DNA of 64,000 bases from Paraphysomonas bandaiensis (Eukaryota > Protista > Chrysophyceae). The first letter of the stretch is position 1. Each line of letters starts with the position of its first letter. The position numbers and the translations under genes are program-made. Below the pieces are notes generated by a model, which was not told the DNA's origin, made no database searches, and saw only the letters and a program-made list of their open reading frames with translations. The DNA lies in NCBI GenBank assembly GCA_965644295.1, contig CBFFRP010000199.1:186001-250000 (forward strand), given 5' to 3'. Below are positions 48,678 through 60,519 of the stretch, one piece after another.

Positions 48678-49336
48678 TTGGTCTATATTCTTTATGAAAC
48701 TCCTGCTTGTGCTTGGCTGTAAATGAAAGTTCCTGTGTTGATTTACGAATTCAGCGGAAACAAACATCCTGCGTTCGATATAAACTACGAATCGGAGGTG
48801 GAATCCCTTGTTCAGTCTCTGATAGATTCTGATAAGGTAAACCATGAGAACTCATCGCAACCTAGCGAGGAATAGGACTTTTTTCGATTTTTCCTTATCA
48901 AAAATTTGTTGTTATGAGCAGTTTTACAATGTAATTAAAACTAAGCGTGCATATGAAACATTAGTGGGATAATAAATACTCCAATATTGTATTAAATTAT
49001 ATTTTATCAGTTTAATGTTTCTGTAGTATGACGTTGGTGTGGTTGGAACAAGACACCTGCAAAATCAAGAATTTCGACCATTTGTATCATGATTGACGAT
49101 AACTTTCTGGCCCAGTACCAACGTACCAACAGCGTTGTGACATCTGAAAGCCCTATATTCGTTTAACAATCCTTCCACTTAAACAAAAATATAATCGCTT
49201 ATAATTAATAATATAGATAGCAGACATCAACAATTAGCAATTTAGATGGGCTAGTACTTAATAACACCACCCGCGCCGATTAGAAAAAAAAATACTACCA
49301 TATATACATTTAAAAACATATATATTGAACAAATGA

Positions 49337-52300
49337 CTATTGCTTAGCACTCGTTAAAAACCTCATTCCGATGTAAACCAAAAACTTATGAGTACCCAGG
49401 ATCAGTAAAAGAAACACGAACTGTCGATACAGAGGGTAATCCCATCCATAGTCACTCAGCAATGATTCGAAATCCGCGGCAATGTGATCATCCCCTTTCA
49501 GTTGGCTAATGAACATAATGCCCATATACCACTTGGCCGGGATAACATATGTCATCCACCGATACCAGAGCTTGAACGTGCTTATCATTGCAGCATATCC
49601 GCATAACATTGATTGCATCGTCAGAGTCAGAGAGGGGAATATTAAAACATTTACCATGGTGTTTGGAGTAAACGTTGAGACAAAAACACCCAAATGTAGA
49701 TTAGCAATTAGCTGTAGGTAAGTCACAGCATAAAACTCAAGAAAATATTTAGTTCCATGTCTCATATCAGATATTGTGTATACTGGAACGAGGACGGCTA
49801 GCACCACGATAGCAAGAGCAATAGAGGTAGAGAATCCCGATACAACCCACGAGGAAAATGTCGATGTGGCGTTGGCATCCCTTTCCCTGTAAAATATCAC
49901 TTTGTCATCTTGCCACATGGGGACTATCTCAACCATCCAGAGATTGGTTGTGATGTACACGACCAGAGAGAGGCCAGTATAATCCAATACACTTCCATCT
50001 GGTGTCAAATCACCCCATACGTATCCTACAACAAAACCGTCAGTCGGAAAAATCATGAGGTGGAAATGCGTGGATTAAACTACCTAAGAGACAGCCCAGC
50101 AGCACTGCTCGCAAAAATGTCGTTATCCAGAACTTGTATCGTCTTATTTCTTTAAGTAGTTCTCGCTCCAAGAGAACGCGGATTGTTATCGGAGATTTCT
50201 TCACGTCTTCAAAATCGGCTAGTATATTTTCCAGTATCACGTCAACCATCACTGCCCACATGGCCCGTTTCGATTTCCTGGAAACTTCTGGAATCAGTGA
50301 AACGAGTTCAACTTCTCCGCCAGGATTAGGTCTAATAGTATTGCTGCTATAAAACTGCTTTCTGGCCATCGATGCAAGATGGTTAAGTGAATGTCTACAC
50401 GATGAGGACGCCATGCCATCTCGGGTTTCCATTGCGGCGTGAATTATAAAATCAGCTGTATTAGTTGAAACGCCAGTAAATCCACATGATCGCAGGTAAT
50501 TCTCACAGCTACATGCCGGACCAAAATACAGCACATGACCCTGACACACAGTAGTTCGTAAGTCGACAATATCGAAACTGATAATGTCCGAAACCGCGCG
50601 TGTACAACAAACATAGCAAATAGTGCGTTACCTCAGATAGCAAAAGGAGTTTGTCAAACTGTTCAAAGAGGTAAGGAGAAGGAGAGTGGATCGTACAGAT
50701 TAGAGTTCTACCGGAAGTGGCAAGTGTCTTTAATCCACGCACCACAGTTCTTGCAAGGAAACTATCCAGTCCTGTGATGAGAATGCAATTAAAATAATAA
50801 TTGAAATAATATACATGTATGATACCTGTTGTCGGCTCATCTAGGAACACCATTGATGGCGAGTTCACAATCTCAACCCCAATAGTCAGCCTTCTAAGCT
50901 GTCCTCTACTGATCATGGAATCTCCAATCACCCCAACTTGATGGTGTGCAATATGCGCCAAACCCAGTACGTGCAAAGTCTCTTCAACCATGTCTCCAAT
51001 CGACGCAGTACAAGCTGTTCTCTGGCGCAGCATTGCGGCAAACTCTAGAGTCTCCTTCACAGTGAAAAGCGGGAAATGTGCATCTTCCTGTAACACGTAT
51101 GCAAATGTCGGGGACGCTTCACTTGCCACGCTGTTAGCTATCTTCATGCCGGGAAACAAAGAACCATTAACCTGTATGGCACCTCCAACAATTCCAACGT
51201 TCGTCCTACCCGCTAAAACATTCAATAACGTCGTTTTGCCTGTTGTAACAAAATATCGAAACCCAAAAACGTCAGAGAATGTCAGTTCATTTGATAAGGT
51301 CAAAATACCTGACCCGCTCACACCCATAACAGCACACATTTCGCCACTATTCACGGTGCCATCGACTCCTTTCAACAGCTGCTTGCCTTCCTTCCTCTCA
51401 AGAAAATCGCCCGGTAGTGTATACGTCACATTCTGAAACAAGAAGTTAACCATTCTGGAAGTAGGAAATGGGGTAGCCGGAGAAAATAAATCATCTTTTT
51501 CAAGATCAAATTCATCGACGGTGTTAGTATTGTTTTCGTCTTTAAAATCTTCAGTGAGAGCATGAGAAGCAGTGCAAGAGTCAGGGGACAGAATTTGCTT
51601 TGAACTATTCAATGGATTGACAGCTTTGGTGTAATTAGCAGCAGGGGAATTTAGCTCATGTGTGACGACGGGTTTGGGAGCGTAAAGAGAAATTAAAATA
51701 AGAAGCTCCAACCCAATGAAATATACAGCCACCACCCACGCAGAGCGGTGAAACTCGAAGTTATCATACTCAAATATCTCCAGAACAATATTGCCTTGAT
51801 GTCTCATTATATCCTCGAACTCATTCATCATCAACTGTCCAGTGCACCAGCGCATGAACGATGCATATACAGCCCACCGTAGCCACTCCGGCAGATCCGA
51901 TTTTTCAACAAAGTAACCAGAAAAAACTAGTTGGGCACAACACAGAATGGCCATCAGAACGAAGCCCTGAATGGCAGAGAAGCTGATATGGGCACACAAT
52001 TGAGCCTGGGCATAGCCGAGAAGTGACCCAAACATTACCATATAAGCAAATCTAAACCATTCTTGATGAATTCCGGACATGTAAAACATCAACACAATAA
52101 AACAGCAGGTACCCAAATACAAAGTGGGAACATCCACGAGTAACAATGCTAGCCACCTTGCAAATGAAGAATACAATTTGTTGGCCTGATAAGCAAAGTT
52201 ACAGTCAGTACAGCCAAGAGCGTTATAAGCCATCCATAAAGCTTACCTGCTCTTTGTTGCAGTATCTACTCATCGCATACATGGACGGAATAGGTACCTG

Positions 52301-53584
52301 ACTAAAGTTTAAATAACGACTATACTATCGCTACTGAGTAACCTACCATGTTGATAACCACGATAAACAGGGGAACTGCAAAGCAAAGAGTAACGTTGTT
52401 GTATACATAGGGGCTTAGTGTGATTCCTTCTTTACTAGGATAAACAAATGAATCCAACTCCGCCAGCTTGTCACCGTTGCGATAGTATATAATCCCGTAA
52501 AAGAGTCCTCCCAGCAAATTACGGGCGAACATTCCGCGGACTCCATGTAGTGTACGAGCAGTATACAGACCGTGGCGACAGGTTAACACCCATATTTGAG
52601 AGAGCAAAGGTAGGGATTTCCTCCTCTCAATATCGAAGTCGCTATTCTCATCAATAACAGAATTCTCGCAGGTGTTTTCGAGTGACCTCTTGTTCCATGC
52701 TTCAACCAGGTGAGCGACGTCGTTGTTGTTACTCATGAGGTGTACAGCAAACTCTACAGTATCTATTTTATGACCCGCATCAGGAACAGTATATCCCACT
52801 TGCATCAGGTATGAATCTAACCCACTAATAGGCCCATCATAAACAATACTGCCCTTTCCAATGAGGACTAAATGGTGCCAAGCACTCAGCATATCAACGG
52901 ATGGTTGGTGTACGGTAGCGATAACAGTTTTATTGTGATTGACCGCTAGGTCTTGCAATACCCGAGCCAGCTGTAAAGATGTGGTCGAGTCCAGTCCTAC
53001 GTAATAGTGTCAATAAAATAACTGCAGCCTTTAATTCATTTTGACTACGACATCGTCATACCTGATGTGGGTTCGTCGAGACATATTACTGTGGGAAACG
53101 ACAACAGTTCATTGGCTATACTCAGCAGCTTTTTCTGTCCTCCAGATATTCCTTTCTTTAATTCCGAGCCAACATATACATCAAGAATGTGTGTTAAATT
53201 CATTGTGTCAGCAATTTCTTGACACAAGGTCATACACTCCTCGTGACTCATCTGTCGGCCAACCCGCAACATTGCAGTGTAATATAGATTTTCTAATACC
53301 GTAAACTCTTCAATATGAAAATCAAAACATTCTACATGAGCAACAAGTGACTTTAACTCTGATTTGACTGGCTTTCCTGCTATATAAATATCTCCTGATG
53401 TGAACCCACTTGTCTTTGTACCGGATAATAAATCCATTAGTGTTGTCTTTCCTGCTCCACTGGGTCCCATTATAGCAGTAACTGAGTGAGGAGGTATACA
53501 TACAGATGTTGGTTGGAGTACATGTATTCGACCTCCCCATGTGTCATTGACAGAGTATGTTAAGTCCTTTGTTTGTACACTCAT
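49337..53584 (-). CDS. Full-size ABCG/PDR-type transporter (NBD-TMD-NBD-TMD), multi-exon
   Basis: NBD1 has GPSGAGKTT, ISGGQKK and LDEPTSGLDS. NBD2 has GVSGSGKTT, ISRGQLRR and LDEPTTGLDS. Two TMDs; GT-AG introns. Confidence 0.92.
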
Positions 53585-53856
53585 TGATGGTTATATAAGA
53601 CTGTTTCAATAGTGTACAGATATAGAGGGGGGGGGTGATGGTTAGAGAGGCTATAGAGGTGAGGTGAGGTGTGTCGGATGAGAGAGTGATACTATGATTT
53701 GAATACTAAAACCACCATACAAACTATTACACTGACTTTATATTGATATGATTGGCTGTATATTCCCCTACATATCTTTTTATATGTACTGCTGTATGTA
53801 TGTGTGCACTGCTGTATGTATGTATGTGTGTACTGCTGTATGCATGTATCTACTGC

Positions 53857-53976
53857 TGTATGTATGTATGTATGTATGTATGTATGTATGTATGTATGTA
53901 TGTATGTATGTATGTATGTATGTATGTATGTATGTATGTATGTATGTATGTATGTATGTATGTATGTATGTATGTA
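53857..53976. repeat. (TATG)n microsatellite, about 30 units
   Basis: Perfect tetranucleotide run seen directly. Confidence 0.98.
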
Positions 53977-54176
53977 CTGCTGTACGGGCCGGGTCGTTTT
54001 TTTTTTGCAGTTTTCGGGCAAGACCGCGAGCCAACAACATACATGCATACATACATACATACAGCACTGTAGATATATAGGAATCTATATACATATAGGA
54101 GTATCTTCTAGTTATTCGACATATCAGACAATCAAACAATCAGTGAAGCTCACATCAGTCTCTCAGATTAACTAAA

Positions 54177-55043
54177 ATGAATATCGAATTACATACTTTA
54201 AAGAATATTTGGAATCATTATATTTTAATCCCTAATCAACAATATTTTGGTGAATATACTGAAATATTCTTATTTATTATTGGAAGTCAAGTGCTTCATC
54301 TCATATCATTCTGGTCACACTGTATCCTACTAGCCATTATTGATCTAAATCCCATATATTTCTCATGGTTTCATCAATGGAAAATTCAAAAAGACTGTTT
54401 TATTGATACAAAGAAATATAAAAAAGCTATTTTTATGGCATTATTTAATCAATTTTTTGTTAATATACCATTTGCTGTTGTGGCTTATGGGATATATACA
54501 ATAAAAGGAGGAATTGCTTATGATGTTGATAGTTTTCCAACTTTAGGACGACTACTTCTTGATTTTATTGGATTTATTGTCATTGAAGAACTGCTATTCT
54601 ACTATGGTCACCTTTGGATGCATCTTCCTCAGTACTACGCCTCATATCATAAGCAGCATCATGAATTCACAGCTCCGGTTGGCGTTGCATGCATATACGC
54701 TCATCCAGTAGAGCATGTACTATGCAACTTGTCTCCTATCGTTGCTGGACCTCTCTTTATGAATTCACACCTCTTTTCTTATTGGGCATGGCTCACGTTC
54801 GCTGTGTTCAGTACAATTGTATCCCACTCTGGGTATCATTTTCCATTCCTTCCATCGAGTGAACGGCATGATTTCCACCACTTAAAGTTTAATGTTAACT
54901 ATGGTCCTACAGGGTTATTAGACTGGCTGTGTAAGACCGACACGACTTTCAATAACACAGCTCAACAGGCACGAAACCGTGTTTTTTTCAGCCTCTCTGA
55001 TGTTCAATACATGATGCAAGACAGTAATGCGAAAGTGCAGTAA
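54177..55043 (+). CDS. Fatty acid hydroxylase / sterol desaturase superfamily protein (FAXDC2/ERG25-like)
   Basis: His boxes HLWMH, HKQHH and HDFHH; YAHPVEH, SHSGYHFP and NYG..GLLDWL motifs. Confidence 0.93.
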   Translation: MNIELHTLKNIWNHYILIPNQQYFGEYTEIFLFIIGSQVLHLISFWSHCILLAIIDLNPIYFSWFHQWKIQKDCFIDTKKYKKAIFMALFNQFFVNIPFAVVAYGIYTIKGGIAYDVDSFPTLGRLLLDFIGFIVIEELLFYYGHLWMHLPQYYASYHKQHHEFTAPVGVACIYAHPVEHVLCNLSPIVAGPLFMNSHLFSYWAWLTFAVFSTIVSHSGYHFPFLPSSERHDFHHLKFNVNYGPTGLLDWLCKTDTTFNNTAQQARNRVFFSLSDVQYMMQDSNAKVQ

Positions 55044-55609
55044 CCTTAACATAACTTTTCTTTTTCCCTCTTTGTCTTGCACTGAGGGTTGTTGAGCAAA
55101 AATAACGAATGTGGCGCTGAATAATTCTCACTAAATTAAATGTTTGAGCTGCCTCTGATACTATGTAATTCAGGCACTCTGATCATATTTTGTGTACTCA
55201 TTATGCAATTTCTTTTAACTAATATATTAATGGTGGTAAAAGAAGACTTCAGAAATATTAAAAATGCTATCAAAGAAATATAAATAGAAGAACAAATACA
55301 CGTTAGTTATGAACCGAGCAGTACATAGTATATATGTATATATGCGTGCATAATAATTCTTAAGAACGTAGTTTTTATTTTAAGCTGTAATCGTATTGTA
55401 ATAGAAGTAATGTTGAATAGGTACGTCACATACACAGAAATCGAAGAAATATAGTCGAGGCTCTTATCAATTCTATGGATAGTTAAAAATTTAACTTCAG
55501 AGTGATATTAACTAAATTAATGTCGCCTTTACTAACAACCAATATTATCATATCTTTGATTGTCACAATATTATTATGCATTCAACATGTTTCAGTTTCA
55601 CTATCCCCA

Positions 55610-55940
55610 TTCTATTTTTTCGTCGTCAATAGTCCAATTTCATGGCAATCACGACTCCAAACCACCGTCGCTCTATCCTCTACAGATGCAGAATTTATGG
55701 CTCTATCCTCAGCAGCATGTCAGGAGACTATTTGGCTACGATCACTACTTTCGGCTTACAGCTACTATTTTCAAAATGTATTTGGTGCAACAACAAGGGA
55801 GCCTCAATCCTGTACATCACCGACACAAAAAGCACACCGCCATTAGATACCACTGTATACGAGAACAAGTTACCTCGCATTCCATCATTATGAATCACAT
55901 GCCCACAAATGAAATATTGGCCGACATTTTCACAGATTGC
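55610..55940 (+). mobile_element. Ty1/copia RNase H relic
   Basis: PISWQSRLQTTVALSSTDAEFMALS, HHRHKKHTAIRYHCIRE and MPTNEILADIFT; frameshifted. Confidence 0.9.
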
Positions 55941-56115
55941 GAGATTCTGGAGCAGGCGCAATACCCGCTAGTAAATTAAGATCTTTAGAAAATCGCAACA
56001 TTCAATGAGAGATATTATACGCTTCGTATGAGTTAAATATGGTATTGCAGCGCAAAATGTTTATTAGTACAATATCCACAGGACCTATACTTGCCACAAA
56101 CTTTTACTTTGTATA

Positions 56116-59100
56116 TTATATTCCAAATTTACGTAGTAAAGATCTAATATTAAGGCGCACAAATCTTCGCCCAACCAAAACCACAGCATATGATGACACT
56201 GAAGCTGCTGTGACAGTACTAGAAACTACGCCAATATCGAAGTACAACTTCTCGCGATCATTTAGTCGCAGAGCACTGTGAACAAATTTTCTAGTGTAAC
56301 CAATGTTGAAATCTGATAGACGCGGAAATTTCAGGAAATGTTTGCATGAAGCTGTGCTCCAGTAGGTCTCATTCCACGGCATCAGTGACTTAATCCGCGA
56401 GCATAAAGCGCTCATAGTAGCAACAGATGCTGTCGGATGAGTAATATTCCCAAATAAGAGAGCTTTGAAAGAAATTCCAAGTTGTGTCCTACTGAGAAAA
56501 GGGACCGAAGTTGAAAGAGATGTTCCGTCCAAATCAGCATCTAGTGATTCAAACTCCTCAACGAGAAGATTATGAGTTCGAGATAAATGAACTAACTCAT
56601 CTGGTAGTAAGCTGTTCCGTGACAGCTTGGGGTTAGATACCGCTTCTTCGATTATGATATCTACCAGACTACGCAGTAAACCGTCAACATTGGCGCACCC
56701 CGATCCCCAATTCTCATAGGCCGAATTCAGATGGTTTTGAAGTTTTAACAACAGCTCCTCAAGGTGTTCCACATCAACAGCACCCGCTTCCTCAGAAGCA
56801 GAAGCTATGGATACATAGAACGACCTCAAAAAATTTATATTACAGGTAGCGGCAGCCAATGTAAGATGAAAAAAAAATTGTTTCAACCGCTTATGCTTCT
56901 CCTTCGTTGACGCCACTCTCACGAGTGAGTTGAGGCTATATACATACATTAGACCACTGAAGACACTGTACTTAGAGTAATCATTGAGCTTACGATAGGA
57001 ATTCCAATTTAAACACCCTGAATGTGGATTAGTGTGGGTAATGTTATTCTCTACAACATTGAACGCGTTCAACTGAGCAAACTCAGCGTATGCGGTGCGA
57101 ATTGCGGCAAGCTCGGTCAATATCGCATCCCTCTCCGGTTGCGTCTTCGCCTCCCTCAAACCCTTTTTGAGAGTTTCAACATAATCACCCAACCGCTTAC
57201 CAGGAGCTCGACCCATTGCTACGCACTCATCCTCCAGAGTATCAAAGATCGCACTTCGAATGCGCTCCACGCACCTCACGCGCCCTTTCTCATCAGCACT
57301 ATTAAAGAGATGTCCATACTCATCCAAATTTTCATTCTCGCGACTTGCATCGAGTTCCTGTAGTTGAAAGTCTATCAACTCTTCTGTAAGAAGAATATGA
57401 TATGAAGCTTTTGCATCATCTATCCGCCCGTCGGTTGCTAGCTGCTTGAAAATAGACTTAAAATCTTCGCCGTCTTTAAGAATATCTTTCACCATATCTC
57501 GTCGGGGAATTTTGATTACCACTCGTTTCCAGTGGTCGTTGACAGGGCTATCCCGGAATCGCGCGAACACGATATCACTTGTGAAACTTGTGCGAGGAAC
57601 TTCTTCGAGCTGAATCAACTTGTCGAAATCCTTAGCATAATCGATGCAACCTTTCTCCCGCAGGGCCTGAATGAGGAATGATTTCGTATCATCAACAGTG
57701 GCAGGGGGGAACATTGTCCTTGAAAGCCTCAGGACATCCATCACCCAGTCGGATTTCTCTTTCGAACCCAGGAGCTGGAACTGGCGAATAGCATGGGGAC
57801 CAACCACAGATGTTACTTGTACGAGAGCCTCTCTTTTAGAGGCGGAACGAATCCGGTCATCAAGAGAGCTATCGTTACCTCGGTCTATCAGCCTGTCTAC
57901 GTATCGTTTGAACTCAATGCACTCCTTGGCTGTCCGGAATTTCTGTGGAATCCTCAATTTAATATATGCAGGTAATACTAGCGGTATAGTAGAAGCAATT
58001 TCTTTGGGAAGCTTCGACATATCTGCCCTACCAAAAAATACTTCGCTGAAGCTTTTAAACCTCTGTTGTGAGCTGACGAGGCCATAAGACCACTCATAGA
58101 GACTAAGAGCATGTTGCGTCGACACTCTATGGGCAATACTCATGGCAATACGGTCAGACCAGGTGTTGGCCAACGGAGCCTGAGTTCGCGGCTGAAATCT
58201 CATCTCATCATCTGCCACATCATCATTGTCGTCCTCATTTACACCAACTCCCACAAGTCCTCTTATGAACTTGAGGCCGTTCGATATGTGGTTAACATCA
58301 GTGATATGAGACAAGGCATATGACCATGCTTCCTTTGTCCAATATTCTTCGGCCCATGGAGACATACCCCACAATCTACGAACGGTGCCAGGAATATTTT
58401 CCACTCGGGGCACCACAAAGAGGGCAGGGTCATCCGCGCCAAATATGGAGGCTTTAACCGATAGACCCAACTGACTACGGTCTGTGAAGGGGATGTGACC
58501 CTTATATTTGGAATCTCTCAAAACACTTGTGAGCTCTTCCAGCCCAACCGCAACCAGAGTATTAGTTCGAGCAAGTTCCATTACAGAATTTGGTAGAATA
58601 TTAATACCATACTCCTGGGCGTTGTCGATTGCCTCCTTGGCCATAACTTCAATTACATTCCTCGTTGCCTCGTCGACTGGAATTGACCCCCAAGACTTTC
58701 GCGCATCTTTGATGTCATCGAGAGCAGCTTGAACTTTATCAAACAGCTTTGTCAGTTTATCCTCTGGTATTTCGCTCTTACGCTTCTCTGATCCTTCACT
58801 TCGGTAATACTTTTCGTAAAATATTCTCAGATAGTGCGCATCGCCGGTGCCCATGGACAAGTTGAGGTGAAAAAGAAACTGTTTCAATTGAAGGTGCTCC
58901 TCTAGGTTACTTGCAGAGTCTATAGTAGCCCCGAAATCGAATACGTAGGCAGTACCTTTCCCTGTATCGGGGTTGTAATCCCAGTTAAAGTTACCCAAAT
59001 GCGGGTCACTGTGTATAACTCTATTAGCGAGTATGTTGTTGGTGTTTTTCTGGGCAAACTCAGCATATGCCCTCCGCATTGCCGCTACTTCTTTACATAT

Positions 59101-60114
59101 CTCTTCGTGTCTGGCGCGGTCGTTTGAAATATGGGCCTGCTCGCGCAATTTCTTTAATCGTCCTCCCATGCCCTCACCAGGAGCTTGGTACATAACCACT
59201 GCTACATCTCGTAGACTCTCCACTATGCGCCCCCGGGCCCGCTTGCAGGTGGTGATATACCTCCCATCATAACTATCTCCCACCTTGTCAAGATTCGTAT
59301 TTTCTCGAGACACATCCACCTCTTGCATCTCAGACTCGATAACCATGTCATTAAATTCCATGAAAGACTTAGCTTGCTGAGATGTTACCTCTCCTCTGTC
59401 CACAAGAGCTTGAAACGCCCGCAACATGTCGTTAGCATCGCGCTGAATCTCTCCTCTAATACCCGCCTTTGGCAATTTCACCACCACCTTGTTCCAATCC
59501 TCACTGCTTGGATCCTCACGATATTTTGCAAAAACAATAGTACCGACTGACCCTGCTTGTACCCCTCCATCGAGTTGAAAATATTCATCAAAGTGCTCCG
59601 CAAGGTCGTGTTCATTTCGTTCCTGAAGATGCTTTATGAGCTGGGATCGTACTTCGCCATATGGCATGGCTGGAAGGTTAGAGCGCGACTCATTCACTGC
59701 TGACATAACCCAATCAGACTTATCCTTGGAACTAAAAAGCTGAAACTGTTTCGTAGCATGAGGACCAGCTATCTTAATCACCTCAAGAAGAGCATCACTG
59801 AGTGCACGTTCACGTGATATACGATCTAAACTCTCATCATTTCCTTTATTAATAAGATCTTTAATTCTTTTATTAAATTCTAAACATTCTTTTCCTGTTT
59901 TTAATTTATATAATAGTTTTAATCGTGTATATTCAGGGATTATTTTAGGAAATACTGATGAGATGGATGGTGGAAACTTAGAGAAATCTAATCGTTCAAA
60001 GACCTCTTTGTTAAACTCATCATATGGGGGATTCTCAAATATATTTCCATATCTCCATTCATACCATTTAATTGTTTCTTCAGCATTCCAAAAATATGTG
60101 AAGATATCATTCAT
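56116..60114 (-). CDS. Tandem ABC1/UbiB-like atypical kinase plus pseudokinase, intronless, 1332 aa
   Basis: Repeat 1 has KQFQ, AGSVGTI, VVVK, EVD...E..N, HSDPHLGN and DFG. Repeat 2 has RQFQ, VVIK, ELD...E..N, HTNPHSGC and YSL in place of DFG. C-terminal hydrophobic segment. Confidence 0.88.
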   Translation of the reverse strand: MNDIFTYFWNAEETIKWYEWRYGNIFENPPYDEFNKEVFERLDFSKFPPSISSVFPKIIPEYTRLKLLYKLKTGKECLEFNKRIKDLINKGNDESLDRISRERALSDALLEVIKIAGPHATKQFQLFSSKDKSDWVMSAVNESRSNLPAMPYGEVRSQLIKHLQERNEHDLAEHFDEYFQLDGGVQAGSVGTIVFAKYREDPSSEDWNKVVVKLPKAGIRGEIQRDANDMLRAFQALVDRGEVTSQQAKSFMEFNDMVIESEMQEVDVSRENTNLDKVGDSYDGRYITTCKRARGRIVESLRDVAVVMYQAPGEGMGGRLKKLREQAHISNDRARHEEICKEVAAMRRAYAEFAQKNTNNILANRVIHSDPHLGNFNWDYNPDTGKGTAYVFDFGATIDSASNLEEHLQLKQFLFHLNLSMGTGDAHYLRIFYEKYYRSEGSEKRKSEIPEDKLTKLFDKVQAALDDIKDARKSWGSIPVDEATRNVIEVMAKEAIDNAQEYGINILPNSVMELARTNTLVAVGLEELTSVLRDSKYKGHIPFTDRSQLGLSVKASIFGADDPALFVVPRVENIPGTVRRLWGMSPWAEEYWTKEAWSYALSHITDVNHISNGLKFIRGLVGVGVNEDDNDDVADDEMRFQPRTQAPLANTWSDRIAMSIAHRVSTQHALSLYEWSYGLVSSQQRFKSFSEVFFGRADMSKLPKEIASTIPLVLPAYIKLRIPQKFRTAKECIEFKRYVDRLIDRGNDSSLDDRIRSASKREALVQVTSVVGPHAIRQFQLLGSKEKSDWVMDVLRLSRTMFPPATVDDTKSFLIQALREKGCIDYAKDFDKLIQLEEVPRTSFTSDIVFARFRDSPVNDHWKRVVIKIPRRDMVKDILKDGEDFKSIFKQLATDGRIDDAKASYHILLTEELIDFQLQELDASRENENLDEYGHLFNSADEKGRVRCVERIRSAIFDTLEDECVAMGRAPGKRLGDYVETLKKGLREAKTQPERDAILTELAAIRTAYAEFAQLNAFNVVENNITHTNPHSGCLNWNSYRKLNDYSKYSVFSGLMYVYSLNSLVRVASTKEKHKRLKQFFFHLTLAAATCNINFLRSFYVSIASASEEAGAVDVEHLEELLLKLQNHLNSAYENWGSGCANVDGLLRSLVDIIIEEAVSNPKLSRNSLLPDELVHLSRTHNLLVEEFESLDADLDGTSLSTSVPFLSRTQLGISFKALLFGNITHPTASVATMSALCSRIKSLMPWNETYWSTASCKHFLKFPRLSDFNIGYTRKFVHSALRLNDREKLYFDIGVVSSTVTAASVSSYAVVLVGRRFVRLNIRSLLRKFGI

Positions 60115-60519
60115 TGTAGTGTGATGTTCATATGATGTCTAGGTATGGTGATATCAATCATATGGATATATATGTACAATGAACAGCATAGAGCGAGAGA
60201 TATGCATATGTATGATATGTCATTACAATCTTCTTCTCTACCTTCATGCACTTCCACTTCGTCTTTTAGACTTCCACTTTTATCCTAAAGAATCACCGGA
60301 TATATTAACCGGATAGCTGACCGTGTTCCGGCTATCATATATCAGGTTTACAAAATCCTGCGTTTTTTTAGTTGCAAGAAATACTGTTTTTCTCCAAATT
60401 CACCATCAAAATGATGGATTTTAAGTATAAATATTGCGTATATTGAGAGATAATCTTGCAGGTGATTGTTGAAGAGGACATGATGAATGATGCATATGGA
60501 GCCGATATCCAACCGATCG

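Noticed and set aside
53692-54175. Six ORFs of MYVC/YIHT repeats
   Set aside because: Artefacts of translating the (TATG)n microsatellite.
35616-55043. Possible biosynthetic gene cluster (methyltransferases, PPTase, 2OG oxygenase, ABCG, hydroxylase, nearby ATP-grasp ligase)
   Set aside because: No carrier protein, NRPS or PKS is present in the window, and housekeeping-type genes (TrmB, UBAC2-like, GCK) are interleaved. Proximity in a gene-dense genome is sufficient explanation without co-expression data.
922-59550. Numerous 60-150 aa antisense or alternative-frame ORFs overlapping real genes
   Set aside because: Shadow ORFs expected opposite coding sequence; no independent evidence.
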